Part shown: positions 23,580-35,312 of the stretch, one piece after another
Position numbering within the stretch: the first letter of the stretch is position 1
Layout of the letters: each line of letters begins with the position of its first letter
Assembly (NCBI GenBank): GCA_001600695.1
Contig: BCKQ01000014.1
Location: forward strand, 108,611 to 172,610
Length of the DNA: 64,000 nucleotides
From: Ascoidea asiatica JCM 7603
Taxonomy: Eukaryota > Fungi > Ascomycota
Reading direction: 5' to 3'
The notes under the pieces: model-generated
Databases searched by the model: none
The model's input: only the letters and a program-made list of their open reading frames with translations
Told to the model about the DNA's origin: nothing
Translations under genes and position numbers: made by a program

Positions 23580-24249
23580 AAAAAAAATCCTATTTTAAAC
23601 CTTCTGACTGAATTTTTATTCCCAACTAATTTTTTATATTATTTCAAGTATTAATGATTCATTTGTGAGCAAGTCTATTATGAAAGCATTCAATATGTAA
23701 TTAACTCATAGAGAACTAAAGCAAATTGATTAGATAGAAATTTTCAAATGTTCTATACGAGCTCATGACAAAACTTATATTATTTTCATAAATACATAAA
23801 TCAAAGAATTTTAATGATCATACTCGAAGTATAGTATGTTTCTCGATAATAATCGAGTAGAGTCAACCCTATAATATACATTTGTAAAAAAAATATCCGA
23901 TCTAAAAGAATTTCAATATATATAATGAAAAAGTTTATATTTTAGGTTAACTAATAGTCCTTTATTTATGTGACTGTTTCAAAAGATAAGTTTGAAAAAG
24001 CGAATTCTGATGAAAATAAGAAAAGGTAGAAGCTTTTTACTGGCCTTTTTCCAATGAATCCAGATACCTGTTGTTAAATTAAAATTTGATCAACCTAAAT
24101 TTTGAAAAGAAGGTTTTGCTTATTATTGAAATTTCTTTCTATAACCTATATATTTAAACCTTTCAGGAAAATCTGTCAAATTAAATTCACTCTATATTCA
24201 ATAAAAAGAAACGTTAATAAAAACTTGTAACTTTTGAAAAATAAAATCA

Positions 24250-27200
24250 TTAAAAGAAATTATCCAAGATTGATTGGGCTTCATTAGAATAATCAAAGGT
24301 TTTTGTAGGCTCTTGGACATTATTGAAGTTAAATTTCTTAAAACTTTTAAGAGAACTACTATTTTCGACAACGGTACTGCTTGTGTTAACAGTCAAATAT
24401 TCCTTGACTTCTTCTTTTTGTAATTGACTTTTCTGAGGTTTATTGATAACTGGAGGAAAGAAGAACCAATTTGAAAGTAAATCCAAGGCTAAGTAATCAC
24501 ATCCCATTCTGTTATAAATATTTGCTACTTTTAATATGAAGTTAAATTCTACCTCACTGGATACAGATAGCGAACCTTCAAAATAATGAACATTTTTTTT
24601 TCGAAGATTGTTGTAAAGAATCATGAGCACTGGATCATCTACAATAAACGATAAACTTTCCGTTGAGAAAAGGCAAGGTATTTTTTTTGCTTTTTGGGGT
24701 AATGATTTTTCAAAATTTTCTGGAATCAAAAGTTTTGTTTTATCAGAATCGAGAGATTCATGAATATCCAAACATAATTCATATGGTGACTTAACTAGAG
24801 CTTGAATAGCTAATTTTTTTTCATGTAATGCCCAATAAATCCAACTGGCAGTCCATCTATCTCCATTTAATATTGCAGTTGGCAAAATATTATCACATAA
24901 CATTCTCTTAAGGCTTTCCGAATTATCACCTTCATAAACCCTTGCAACAGCAATGGCCAAATCAGTATCTTGAACCTGCTTAAGAAGAACTCTTAAACAA
25001 TCGTTCAATGAATCAGCAAGTAAGAAAAAACAAGCTGCATAGAGATATCGGTGTTTAGAAAGTAGTGCAAAAGCATTTTTTTTAGCTACACTTTTCCATT
25101 TTTTGTCATTGAAGTTATTACTTAAAAGTTTGACAGTTTTCATCTGTTCCGGATTTCCATAACATGTTTTCCATAATCCTATAAGAATATTCTTTTTCCT
25201 TAAAGCCAAGTAAAAAATTGTACATTTAATAGGATCTTTTTTATTTGAAAAATCTAGATCAGAATTATTGACAAATTCATTTCGGGCAATTATTTCAAAT
25301 TGCTTCTTAAGTTGAGATTCATTAACCCAATAATGAAACCCATATTTTTTGCAAGTAACCCAGTCAACTTTATAATTAACTTTTGTGTTAATAAGGTTAA
25401 TTAAAATCTCTTTATTTTCTGAATGCAATGCAAAATTAATATCCCTGATGTTTAGGGCAAACTGTAAAGAAGGGTGTGACTCTAGTAATTTCATTCCTAG
25501 GAAAAATTTTAATCCATTCTCATCTAAAGAATATCTATTTTTGTCTATTAATGTTAATGATTCCACTACTGAAACTAAGGTGATTTGTTGGTGTCTTGTT
25601 AAAAACGGTAAGGATGTTTTAGTAAGCTTATCCTTAAGTAACTCTGCTACTTTATCATTGAATTCTTTATATAATTCCTCACCTTCTGTAGATTTCTGAG
25701 CCGATATGTAATTTCCATTGACCAATTTCCTCAAAGGTTTCTTTTTTTCTGATAATTTTTTATTTAACTTTTCAGCAAAATTTGTAGTTGAAGAAGACCT
25801 GGAGCCATTAATTGATCGAGAAGATGAACAGCTTCGTACTGATACAGCTTCACTACTTCCTCTTAAAATAGAATTATTCATACTGGAATCTTCATCATAA
25901 TCATTGCTTTTAATATCATAAAATTCCTCTAAAGGAATACCTAAAAATTGATCTAGCTTATCAATTGTGAAGTCTGGATCAAGATCAAGCCTTCGTAGTC
26001 TTTTAAATAAATGCAACAATATTTTCTTAACTAAATCAAGTTTATTGGAATATAGACATTGAATTAAAAGTTGAGGATGGTAAACTGGCAAAGGACCATT
26101 AAGTAAAGAGCATAGATCAAAAATGGAGCTTATATTTGTAGTCACTCTATTTCCAATTGTTTTTTTTGTTATTTCATCTGAATCATGATCTAGAAGCTTA
26201 TTTGAAACAAATAATTGATTACCACAACCTATTATTAAAGAACCATCCTTCAACCATAATGAATCACCTATAGAATGAGAAGTATAATCTAAAAGAGAAA
26301 TTTTTTTAATTGGTTTATAGGAAGGCATATTATTTGTATAATCATATCGAATTTGAGAATAAAGCACTATTTCTTGGTCAAATCCAACAGATAAAATAGA
26401 TTGCTTCTTAAGATTACACGTCCAATCAATATCGGTTATTTTCCCTCTATCAGAAAACGATTCTCTATATTCAAGAATAGCATTTTTATTATCCCAAATA
26501 CTCAAAGAATTATTAGAAGAATCAATAATTGCTGTTCGGTTCAATGATGACTCTTTAATCAAAGAAGCATTTTTTATTCCTGTTTCAATTTTAAAACTGA
26601 CTTTTAATTCTAATAATTGCTTCTCATGATCTATAATTACAAAATAAGATTTCAAAAGGCCAGTTGACGATATAGTTGTTAAGACATCATTGTTGTATAT
26701 CTTATTTGAAGTATCAGACCAGCCTACTGGATCAACTGTATTTATACAGATAATTTCTTCGTCTTTATAATCAACTGGGAATGTGTTGATATTTGTACTC
26801 TTAATTTTATACGATTTTAAGTCAACTTGCCATGAAAAAATTGACTTTGTTCTAGGAAAGACAGCTATTAAGTGATGTGAATCATACGTTTTATCATCAT
26901 AAAATTCAGGAACATGAAAAAATGAAAATAAATCATCTTTATGAATATTTTCAGGTAAATTTATAGGAATATTAAACAATTCTTTGGCCAATTTTAAGCC
27001 TTTACATTTATATAATGATAATGATTGATTTTTTAAATAAGTTAAAGCAAATTCACCATCTGCTAGTAAGATGGCATTTATTATAGGATAACTGGTAAAT
27101 AGTAAAGTTTTTTTTAATAAAATTACTCTTTTCAAACTTGAATCGCGATTCGGAAGATTAAAAGGAATCCATATATGATTTTCATTGAATCTAGATGTAG

Positions 27201-28893
27201 AAAGCATGGCTTCACCATTATCTGTTTTAAATAATTTTTGAATTGACTTTTGATGACCAGAGAGTTTATCATGCAAAAAAGTTAAAAAAATTCTTTTTTT
27301 CTTAAAATGAGAATGAAAAGATAAACTTAAATGATCATTATCAATATTTTCAGTATTTTGTTTATCTTTATTTGTGATCATTGTATTTGACAAAGAATTA
27401 AATGAGGCTTGATGAACAATATTGTTAATATCAACATCATCAAATAATTCATCAAATTGTATTAATATATGCCTTATATTTTTATTTTTCAAATCATGAA
27501 TTAATAAAGAAAGATCGCCATTTAAATTATCAATATATTTATTCAGATGATACTGATTCTTGAAAGTAATTCTTTGATTTGATAAATTGAAATCTCCTTT
27601 TGTTGGAATAATATCACTAAAATTCAAAAATTCAGGAATTTTTGGGAAAGTCAAAGGTAAAAATTGAGAAGATATTGAAGAGATTTTAACAAATTTTATA
27701 ATTTTTGGAGGATTTGAATTTAAATTTTGTACTAAATAGAAAGATAAATTTAAAGATTGATCAGATATAACCAATAAATTTGAATTAAGATCTGATAATT
27801 TTAATAAAGAATCTATAGATTTATTTTTCGATTTATACCTTTCCATAGATTTTGATAAAGCATAATTGAACAAATGATTTTCAATAAAAAAAATAAAGAA
27901 CTTTTTCTGAGTTTTTTGATCATTTTCATTTTCATTATTACTATCCAAATTTAAAGTTGCCCAATGTTTTATTTTTTTTGACTTATTAAATTGAAAACTA
28001 ATGAATATTCTTAATATATTATCACTCGTTAAAGTATATAGGACGTTTAAGTTATCACTATCCTGACTTTGAAAACTTTCAAGATCATTAGAATTTATAT
28101 TTGATTTTGAGCTTTCACTGGAATTATCAGTAGAATTTGAATTCAGATTCGAATTAGAAGTTGAATTTGAGGTTGATATATTTAAGAATTTGAAATTAGT
28201 CAAATAAGAAGAATGATTCAAATAAGTTAAATCAAATTTTGTATTTGAGATATCAAAATTTGTTCTATTAAAAATTTTTAAAAAAGTATCAAATTTTGAA
28301 TAAACTGTTAATAACTCTGAGTTTTTTGAAAATTCAATCAAATAAATTGGATTCGGTTGTGATTTAAACCAAATTTTTTGAATACTTGTATAATTACCGA
28401 AATTTTCAAATAGATGATAAATTATTAAAGAATTATTTGTACCAATTGCTAATTCATTTTTATTTCCCCAGGATAAACTATTTATATGATTTTGATTTTG
28501 ATTTTGATTTGGAATTCCAATAAATTTCGATGAAATTGGTTTTGTAAAACTATTATCAAAATCTAAATTGGAACTGGAGTTAGAAATAGTTTCTTTATCT
28601 ATATCTATTGTGAATTTAGAAATTATTTGCCATTTTAAAGTTAATTCAATTGGAGAGATAAAGTAAATATAAGATAATGAGGATACAGCTATAAACCCAT
28701 TTTCAGGATTTATATCAATACAAGATAAATCATTATGAAAACAAATCGTTTGAAGAATATGGAAGTCCAATAATATAATTAAGTTATTTCCTGAAATATA
28801 AGCAATTATTGAATGATTCAACCATCTTTTTTGAGATACTGACTGAAGGGAAGAATTCGGTTCTCCTGGCGAAAATGATATAGACGCAGACAT
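24250..28893 (-). CDS. RAV1: RAVE complex subunit (V-ATPase assembly), WD40 plus Rav1p_C
   Basis: N-terminal F.PGEPN, LNGPLPVYHPQ, LPFLTRHQQITL, AKKNAFALLSKHRY and RMGCDYLAL. Confidence 0.93.
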   Translation of the reverse strand: MSASISFSPGEPNSSLQSVSQKRWLNHSIIAYISGNNLIILLDFHILQTICFHNDLSCIDINPENGFIAVSSLSYIYFISPIELTLKWQIISKFTIDIDKETISNSSSNLDFDNSFTKPISSKFIGIPNQNQNQNHINSLSWGNKNELAIGTNNSLIIYHLFENFGNYTSIQKIWFKSQPNPIYLIEFSKNSELLTVYSKFDTFLKIFNRTNFDISNTKFDLTYLNHSSYLTNFKFLNISTSNSTSNSNLNSNSTDNSSESSKSNINSNDLESFQSQDSDNLNVLYTLTSDNILRIFISFQFNKSKKIKHWATLNLDSNNENENDQKTQKKFFIFFIENHLFNYALSKSMERYKSKNKSIDSLLKLSDLNSNLLVISDQSLNLSFYLVQNLNSNPPKIIKFVKISSISSQFLPLTFPKIPEFLNFSDIIPTKGDFNLSNQRITFKNQYHLNKYIDNLNGDLSLLIHDLKNKNIRHILIQFDELFDDVDINNIVHQASFNSLSNTMITNKDKQNTENIDNDHLSLSFHSHFKKKRIFLTFLHDKLSGHQKSIQKLFKTDNGEAMLSTSRFNENHIWIPFNLPNRDSSLKRVILLKKTLLFTSYPIINAILLADGEFALTYLKNQSLSLYKCKGLKLAKELFNIPINLPENIHKDDLFSFFHVPEFYDDKTYDSHHLIAVFPRTKSIFSWQVDLKSYKIKSTNINTFPVDYKDEEIICINTVDPVGWSDTSNKIYNNDVLTTISSTGLLKSYFVIIDHEKQLLELKVSFKIETGIKNASLIKESSLNRTAIIDSSNNSLSIWDNKNAILEYRESFSDRGKITDIDWTCNLKKQSILSVGFDQEIVLYSQIRYDYTNNMPSYKPIKKISLLDYTSHSIGDSLWLKDGSLIIGCGNQLFVSNKLLDHDSDEITKKTIGNRVTTNISSIFDLCSLLNGPLPVYHPQLLIQCLYSNKLDLVKKILLHLFKRLRRLDLDPDFTIDKLDQFLGIPLEEFYDIKSNDYDEDSSMNNSILRGSSEAVSVRSCSSSRSINGSRSSSTTNFAEKLNKKLSEKKKPLRKLVNGNYISAQKSTEGEELYKEFNDKVAELLKDKLTKTSLPFLTRHQQITLVSVVESLTLIDKNRYSLDENGLKFFLGMKLLESHPSLQFALNIRDINFALHSENKEILINLINTKVNYKVDWVTCKKYGFHYWVNESQLKKQFEIIARNEFVNNSDLDFSNKKDPIKCTIFYLALRKKNILIGLWKTCYGNPEQMKTVKLLSNNFNDKKWKSVAKKNAFALLSKHRYLYAACFFLLADSLNDCLRVLLKQVQDTDLAIAVARVYEGDNSESLKRMLCDNILPTAILNGDRWTASWIYWALHEKKLAIQALVKSPYELCLDIHESLDSDKTKLLIPENFEKSLPQKAKKIPCLFSTESLSFIVDDPVLMILYNNLRKKNVHYFEGSLSVSSEVEFNFILKVANIYNRMGCDYLALDLLSNWFFFPPVINKPQKSQLQKEEVKEYLTVNTSSTVVENSSSLKSFKKFNFNNVQEPTKTFDYSNEAQSILDNFF

Positions 28894-29491
28894 ATTTTAT
28901 GAAGTTAGAAGGTGCTAATAATGATGAAGGAAACTACTTTGATGTCTTGAAGACATTTTCCAAATGGTTGAAGAGTTTAATAATTAAGTAAATGAATAAT
29001 TAATTAAATAATTGATCTATTAATTTGGTGAAAAAAAAGAATAAAAAAAAGGATTCATTTTCGATTTATATAAATAGGAAGTCAGCTCCTGGTGGTGTAG
29101 CGTTAATCACACTCTGCGATTGCCCAGTCGGCAATTCCACCCTCAGTCAAAACAATTCGAGCACTCAAAACAAGCCTACCAAACATAAGAATTCCAAGAT
29201 AAACATAAGATCAGACAAAAATTCTCCAACTATGATGATTACTTATATCAAGATCTACGAATAGAAATATAAAATGACAAACTAGGGTAATTTGATGTTG
29301 CCAGTAAGCTACTGTTGTTACTTTTTTTGTGTACTCGAAAAGATTTTGATTTTTGTTAAAAGGAAATCTAAAACATAAAAAAAAAGTAGATGATAAAATA
29401 AATGCTACAGCTAAATATAAATATTTTACAAAAAGTTCATTTGCAAGCTAACAAACGATAAAAGAAGTAAAGAAAACAATAAAGCACTTGA

Positions 29492-31126
29492 TTAAAACTT
29501 AGAGGTGTCATTGTTCCAGGTGGAAAATAAAGTGTATTCATCAGTATCTGGATAAATAGTGTATCCATCATCACTTGACTTACCTGAAGACAATGTTGAT
29601 CCTGATTGCCAGTAAAGTTCTCCTGTTAATCCACTACTTTCCATGGTAGTTAACCATTCAGTATATATTGAAACTCTGTCTGAATTGGTCTCTTTAATTC
29701 CAAATTCTTCAATAATAACAGGTTTTCCTAAAGTGGTTTGAGAACTTGCATGGTTCTCAATCCAACTTTCTCCCCAGGTTTCAGCATCACTAACACCCCA
29801 ACTTTCTGGATAAGAGTGAAATGTACCAAAATCAATAGAATCAACAGCAACATTAGCATCAAAGTCAACTCCATAATATCCAGTATACATGGAATCAGTT
29901 CCTTTGGTGGTATCATTCATGAAACCTTCATCACCAACAGCTACTAAATGATTTGAATCAATACTTTTAATGTATGATGACATTTCTGAAACCCATGCTT
30001 TCATTGTTTCTGTTGTACAAGTACCTGAATTGGTATATCCATCAGTTCCTGCATTACATCTTGGTTCATTCATTAATTCCCAAGCCATAATTGTGGAATT
30101 ATCTTTATATCTTCCAACAAATGCTTCAACATATGTTTTAAATGCACTTATAACTTCAGTATTAGTAAAGAAATAATCATGATATGTGGTTCCAGTTATT
30201 TTATTAACATAAGTTTTATCAACTCCACCATAATCCGACCAATTATTTGATAATGGAACAATAACTTTCAATCCAGCTTTTTCTGCTAATTTTAGGAAAG
30301 TGTCAAAGTATCCTAATCCTGTTGTTCCATAATTTATAGTAGCTGTTGATCCATCCCATGATTGGAAATAAATATTTGATTCATCTAAAGATTCACTAAA
30401 ACCCCAAGCTCTAACAACAGTTGCACCTGAACTTGCAATATCAGCTAAACCTTGTTTAACATCATCAGAACCCCAACCACCAACACTTAACCAGTATCCA
30501 TTTGTACCGACAACTCTGAATTTACTTCCATCCAATTGAAAATCTACACCAGAAGTTGTAACAAATCCAGAAGATGAACTGGAAGATGCTGTAGATGAAG
30601 CAGTGGTACTACTAGTGGTACTTGCTGCTGCGACATTTTCTGTATCTGTTTCTGAAGAAGAGGCTATACTTGATGCAATTGAAGCAGCTGAAGTAACTAC
30701 TGCAGAGCTTGAAGCAATAGAGCTAAATAATCCATATGTTACAGCTTCAGATGATTTTACTAAGAATTCAGTAGTAGAAGTTGCTTCCAATGCTTCTGTT
30801 GTAGAACTTGAAACTTCTGTTTCAGCTACAACTTCTGCAGATGATGTTTTCTCTAAAGTAGTGGTTCCTGTTTTGGATTCTGTAGAAGCTGTGGATAATT
30901 CTGCTTGTGTGGTTGTTGCAGCAGTTGTTGCTACTGCTGTTGTAGTTGCTGCTGTGGCAGTTCCTTCGACACATTGGGCATAATAATCATTGTAAGAAGA
31001 ACAAACAGCACCAGAAGCACATTCAGTGTCACCAGTATAATAAGCCCCACCACATTGATAATATAATTGAACTTCAGAAAAAGCTGGAGCTGCAAGTAGT
31101 GCTAAAAGAACAACTTTTGAAAGCAT
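29492..31126 (-). CDS. Secreted endo-1,4-beta-mannanase: signal peptide, CBM1, Ser/Thr linker and GH5 (subfamily 7-like) domain
   Basis: CBM1 QCGGAYYTGDTECASGAVCSSYNDYYAQC, GTNGYW, VVRAWGF, NNWSDYGG, AWELMNEPRC (acid/base Glu), TFHSYPESW and KPVIIEEFG (nucleophile). Confidence 0.92.
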   Translation of the reverse strand: MLSKVVLLALLAAPAFSEVQLYYQCGGAYYTGDTECASGAVCSSYNDYYAQCVEGTATAATTTAVATTAATTTQAELSTASTESKTGTTTLEKTSSAEVVAETEVSSSTTEALEATSTTEFLVKSSEAVTYGLFSSIASSSAVVTSAASIASSIASSSETDTENVAAASTTSSTTASSTASSSSSSGFVTTSGVDFQLDGSKFRVVGTNGYWLSVGGWGSDDVKQGLADIASSGATVVRAWGFSESLDESNIYFQSWDGSTATINYGTTGLGYFDTFLKLAEKAGLKVIVPLSNNWSDYGGVDKTYVNKITGTTYHDYFFTNTEVISAFKTYVEAFVGRYKDNSTIMAWELMNEPRCNAGTDGYTNSGTCTTETMKAWVSEMSSYIKSIDSNHLVAVGDEGFMNDTTKGTDSMYTGYYGVDFDANVAVDSIDFGTFHSYPESWGVSDAETWGESWIENHASSQTTLGKPVIIEEFGIKETNSDRVSIYTEWLTTMESSGLTGELYWQSGSTLSSGKSSDDGYTIYPDTDEYTLFSTWNNDTSKF

Positions 31127-32003
31127 TTTAAAATTTTTTTATGAAAAATATGAAATAAGTTTAGGAATTAAATTTTGAAGGAATGACTGTTTTAACTTAT
31201 TAATAATTTATTTAATTTTATATTAATTTGATTAAATATTTGGCAAATTCATAAAAAACAACCATTATTTAATAAAAAGGATAAGGCTCATTATTTATAT
31301 TCTTATTATTTTCCAACCCAATTTAATATTTCTCTTAGGATTTGGTCTGATACAATCATAGTAAATACTGGTCTTTCAATGGCCATTGTTAAGCTTTATT
31401 GATGACGATCTTTTTGCTGTTGACAAAACACATGTAACAATACTTTCTGGAAGTGAGTGTATTCATTTTGACTTCTAAATTCAAATTCAAAACATCTCTT
31501 CCTTTTCTGAAGAAATTGCGCACTGAAAACTCGAAAGCCCGGTAACGTTACTAAAAAAAAAATTATTCAAATAGTGGTTTATAGCTTTTTGCTAAATATT
31601 CAACTAAAGATAAATAGACACAGAAAAATAATTCGAAATTACAAGAAAAAAGAGAAGAAATTCAGTTCTACAACCTATTGAAACGATTTCAAATATTCAC
31701 TAAATTATTTTAAAATATAAAGGTTTGAAGCTTTGAAAATTTCGAGATTTTGAATTCTTTGAAATAATCAAACCCTTATTAATTTTACAAAGCAATCAAA
31801 AAATAGTAGCAAATTATTCAAAAACAAAATTTAAAAGTTTCTAATTACTGCCTTTTCTTTTTGTTCAATGATAATTTAAAATTTGTTTATTATAAAACTG
31901 CACTTATATTTAATTAAATCAGATTTGTATACTAGAAAAATTCACTCAAAATTGAAAAAAAAAATCAGAGGTATTTTCTAATAAAAGAAGATTCAAAATA
32001 CAA

Positions 32004-35000
32004 TTATAATTTGAGTCTTTCTAAATTGGCAATTGTTGCTTCTAAACCTTCAGTTTCTGCTGTAGCCTTTTCCAATTTCTCTAAATCGACAGCCTTAGCT
32101 TTCTCAGAAGCTTTATCATTATAATCTTTACCACTCATAACTTTTTCTACAGCAGCTTTAGATTTTCTAATTTTTTCTAATTTCTTAGAAAATTTTTGAA
32201 TTTCTCCATCAATATCAACTTGTCCTTTGATAAGAACATGAGCATTACAGTCCGGACTAGCTGATTGTAAAATACAACCAGAAGGAATTTCTCCTAAACT
32301 TTTTACAACTGTTACATTTTGAACAGCTTTAATTAAAGAAACTATAGAGCCTTGTTGTTCATGTACCATATTAAATGCGTTTTCTGAAGAACACTCAACA
32401 AATACTGTACCATTCTTCACAATATTATATTGACTTAATATTGATCTTATAGTTTTAGTTATATCTAATATTAAGTTATAATCCTTTTCTGCTTCTTCAA
32501 ATTCAAATGATTTAGAATAAATTGGATAAGAAGCAATAACAATTGAAGGAGTATAATCATTTTCTCTTCTAGGTAATCTTTGCCACATCTCTTCAGTTAA
32601 ATATGGCATGAATGGATGTAATAATTTCAAAGATGAATCAATACAAGTATATAAGGTGTTTTTGGCTGATATATCTGTTAATGATTTTGAATTTTCAATA
32701 TAAACATCACAAAGGTCATTTAAGAAAAAAGCATAAGCAGCATTAGTTGCTTCCATAAATTGTCTATTATCAATAGCATTATTAACAACTTTAGCAGTTT
32801 TATTAAGTTTACTTAATACCCATTTTTCAACTAATGATTCATTTCCACTTGGTAAAGCTGATGAAGGTGGTTTGTAATCATCACCTAAACGTAAAATTAC
32901 AAACTTTGTAGCTTGATATATTTTGTTACAAAACTTTCTATAACCTTCAACACGTAAAATATCTAAATTTATATCTTTTGAACCAGTACTATAATTACAT
33001 AACGCAAATCTTAATGCATCTGTACCACATTCAGGAATACCTTTAGGGTATGATTCTTTTTGCCCTTTTTTGGCAATTTCAATTTCTCTTGGATCCAAAT
33101 TACCGTTAAGTAATTGTGAGTTTAATTCTTCTAAACTAATACCTCTAATGACATCTAATGGATCTACAACATTTCCGAGAGATTTGGACATTTTTCTACC
33201 TTGTGCATCACGAACTAATGCATGACAATATACTTCTTTGAATGGAATATTATCGGTTAATTCAATAGTTAAAATAATCATTCTAAGAACCCAATTAAAT
33301 ATAATATCCCAACCAGTTTCTAAAACAGAAAATGGGAAGAAATTTTCCATATCCAATGTTTTTTTAGGCCATCCCAAAGTTGCAAAAGCCCATAATCCAG
33401 AAGAAAACCAAGTATCTAGTACATCTTCATCTTGCTCTAAAGTAAAATTTTTATCAGAGAATTTTAAGTTTGCTTTTTCTTGAGCTTCTTCTAAAGATCT
33501 AGCTACAATCCAATATTTTCCATCACCCTTTTCATGAAATTCATTTTCTATATTAACATAATAAGCAGGGATTCTATGACCCCACCATAATTGACGAGAT
33601 ACACACCAATCTTTTAAATTATTTGCCCAAGCCATAAAATCATGTTCTGCAAAACTTGGAACAATTTTAACTGCACCTGATTCAACAGCATTTGCAGCAT
33701 TTTTAGCCATTGTAGATTGACTAACCCACCATTGAGGTTTAAGATAAGGTTCAATAATATCACCAGTTCTACTACAAGAAGGAATTACCATAGGATTTGG
33801 CTTTTGTTCAATAAATAAATTTTTTTCTTTTAAAGCTTCAATTACTTTATTTCTAGCATCAAATCTTTTCATACCTTCCCATTCACCACAATTTTCATTT
33901 AATTTACCATCTTCAGTAAAAATATTTACAAATTCAAGATTATTTCTATTACCAGTAGCATAATCATTTTGATCATGAGCAGGAGTAATTTTTACAGCAC
34001 CTGAACCGAAATTCATATCAACAGCTTCTCTATCACAAATTATTGGAAATTTTCTATCAAGGAATGGATGTTGTACGAATTTTCCATGTAAATGAGTATA
34101 ACGTGGATCATCAGGATGTACAGCAACACCAGTATCACCAAATAAAGTTTCAGGTCTTGTAGTTGCAACAATAATTGTTTCATCGGAATCAACAACTGGA
34201 TAAGCAAATGAAGTTATTACACCAAATTGAACTTTTTCAGAATAACCAGGAACTTTAATTAATTTAGGTCCATCAATTTGAATATTTTCAATTTCAGAAT
34301 TACTTGTTGCAGTTTGAAGAGCAACACACCAATTAACTAATTTATTTTCCCTATAAATAATACCCTTTTCATGTAATTGAACAAAAGCTTCAATTACAGC
34401 TTCAGATAAATTTGGATCTAAAGTAAAAGCTTCTCTTGACCAATCATAAGAAGCACCTAATTTTTTAACTTGATTTTTAATTTTTGCATGATAAATTTCT
34501 TTCCACTCCCAAACTTTTTCAACAAATTTTTCTCTACCAAGATCTTTTCTATAAATACCTTTTTTAGCTAAATTTTTTTCAACAACACTTTGAGTTGAAA
34601 TTCCTGCATGATCAAAACCAGGTAACCATAAAGTTGTTTTACCTTTCATTCTATTATATCTAATTAAAGAATCTTGAATTGCAACAGTCAATGCATGTCC
34701 AATATGTAAAGCACCAGTAACATTTGGTGGAGGAGCAGGAATTGTAAAAGAACCTTCAGGTTTAATTTTACCTTCAGAAGTTAATTCTGGTTTAAAAAAA
34801 CCTTGTTGATCCCACCATTGATACCAAGATTTTTCAACATTTTTTGGAGAATAAGATTTAAAAGAAGGATGATCAAAAGAAGGTAAAATTTTTTTTTCAC
34901 CAGGTTTATTTATTGGATTCCAGTCAGGAATTTCAGAACCAATATTTTTATCTTTTTTATTTGGTTTATCTTTTGAATCTGAATTTTTTGATTTATTTTG

Positions 35001-35312
35001 ATCTTGTTTTTGTTTTTTAGCCAAAAATTTAGCCATTTTTTCTAATTTTTTTTTCTCTTTTTCTAATTGTTTTGCAGTTTTAGGTTTTGGAACCTCAGTA
35101 TTTGAATCATTTTGATTTTGAGACATTGTTGAAAAATTTAAATTAGATCTTATTAAATTAAGACTATATAAACTATTATAATTTTTTGAAATATATTTTT
35201 TTGAAATTTTATTATGAGAATTAAGTATATTACCGGTCTGAATGGAATTCAAAAAGAATGAAGCTGATATTGATGAAGAGATTCCTTTGGTAGAAGATAG
35301 CCAAATATTCAT
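32004..35312 (-). CDS. VAS1: Valyl-tRNA synthetase with an N-terminal mitochondrial presequence; second in-frame ATG at 35126 (cytosolic form)
   Basis: PPPNVTGALHIGH, DWCVSRQLWWGHRIP and KMSKS. The first 62 aa are Ser/Lys/Asn-rich and lack acidic residues. Confidence 0.96.
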   Translation of the reverse strand: MNIWLSSTKGISSSISASFFLNSIQTGNILNSHNKISKKYISKNYNSLYSLNLIRSNLNFSTMSQNQNDSNTEVPKPKTAKQLEKEKKKLEKMAKFLAKKQKQDQNKSKNSDSKDKPNKKDKNIGSEIPDWNPINKPGEKKILPSFDHPSFKSYSPKNVEKSWYQWWDQQGFFKPELTSEGKIKPEGSFTIPAPPPNVTGALHIGHALTVAIQDSLIRYNRMKGKTTLWLPGFDHAGISTQSVVEKNLAKKGIYRKDLGREKFVEKVWEWKEIYHAKIKNQVKKLGASYDWSREAFTLDPNLSEAVIEAFVQLHEKGIIYRENKLVNWCVALQTATSNSEIENIQIDGPKLIKVPGYSEKVQFGVITSFAYPVVDSDETIIVATTRPETLFGDTGVAVHPDDPRYTHLHGKFVQHPFLDRKFPIICDREAVDMNFGSGAVKITPAHDQNDYATGNRNNLEFVNIFTEDGKLNENCGEWEGMKRFDARNKVIEALKEKNLFIEQKPNPMVIPSCSRTGDIIEPYLKPQWWVSQSTMAKNAANAVESGAVKIVPSFAEHDFMAWANNLKDWCVSRQLWWGHRIPAYYVNIENEFHEKGDGKYWIVARSLEEAQEKANLKFSDKNFTLEQDEDVLDTWFSSGLWAFATLGWPKKTLDMENFFPFSVLETGWDIIFNWVLRMIILTIELTDNIPFKEVYCHALVRDAQGRKMSKSLGNVVDPLDVIRGISLEELNSQLLNGNLDPREIEIAKKGQKESYPKGIPECGTDALRFALCNYSTGSKDINLDILRVEGYRKFCNKIYQATKFVILRLGDDYKPPSSALPSGNESLVEKWVLSKLNKTAKVVNNAIDNRQFMEATNAAYAFFLNDLCDVYIENSKSLTDISAKNTLYTCIDSSLKLLHPFMPYLTEEMWQRLPRRENDYTPSIVIASYPIYSKSFEFEEAEKDYNLILDITKTIRSILSQYNIVKNGTVFVECSSENAFNMVHEQQGSIVSLIKAVQNVTVVKSLGEIPSGCILQSASPDCNAHVLIKGQVDIDGEIQKFSKKLEKIRKSKAAVEKVMSGKDYNDKASEKAKAVDLEKLEKATAETEGLEATIANLERLKL

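Noticed and set aside
24020-24200. Minus-strand fragment reading GIWI(P)LEK, reminiscent of a KilA-N/APSES pseudogene
   Set aside because: It needs a frameshift, is surrounded by stops and lies in the RAV1 3' region. The match is too short to exceed chance.
29085-29150. tRNA-like D-arm/A-box sequence (TGGTGTAGCGTTAATCAC) followed by a small hairpin
   Set aside because: There is no GTTCRA T-loop or acceptor stem. It is more likely part of the RAV1 promoter.
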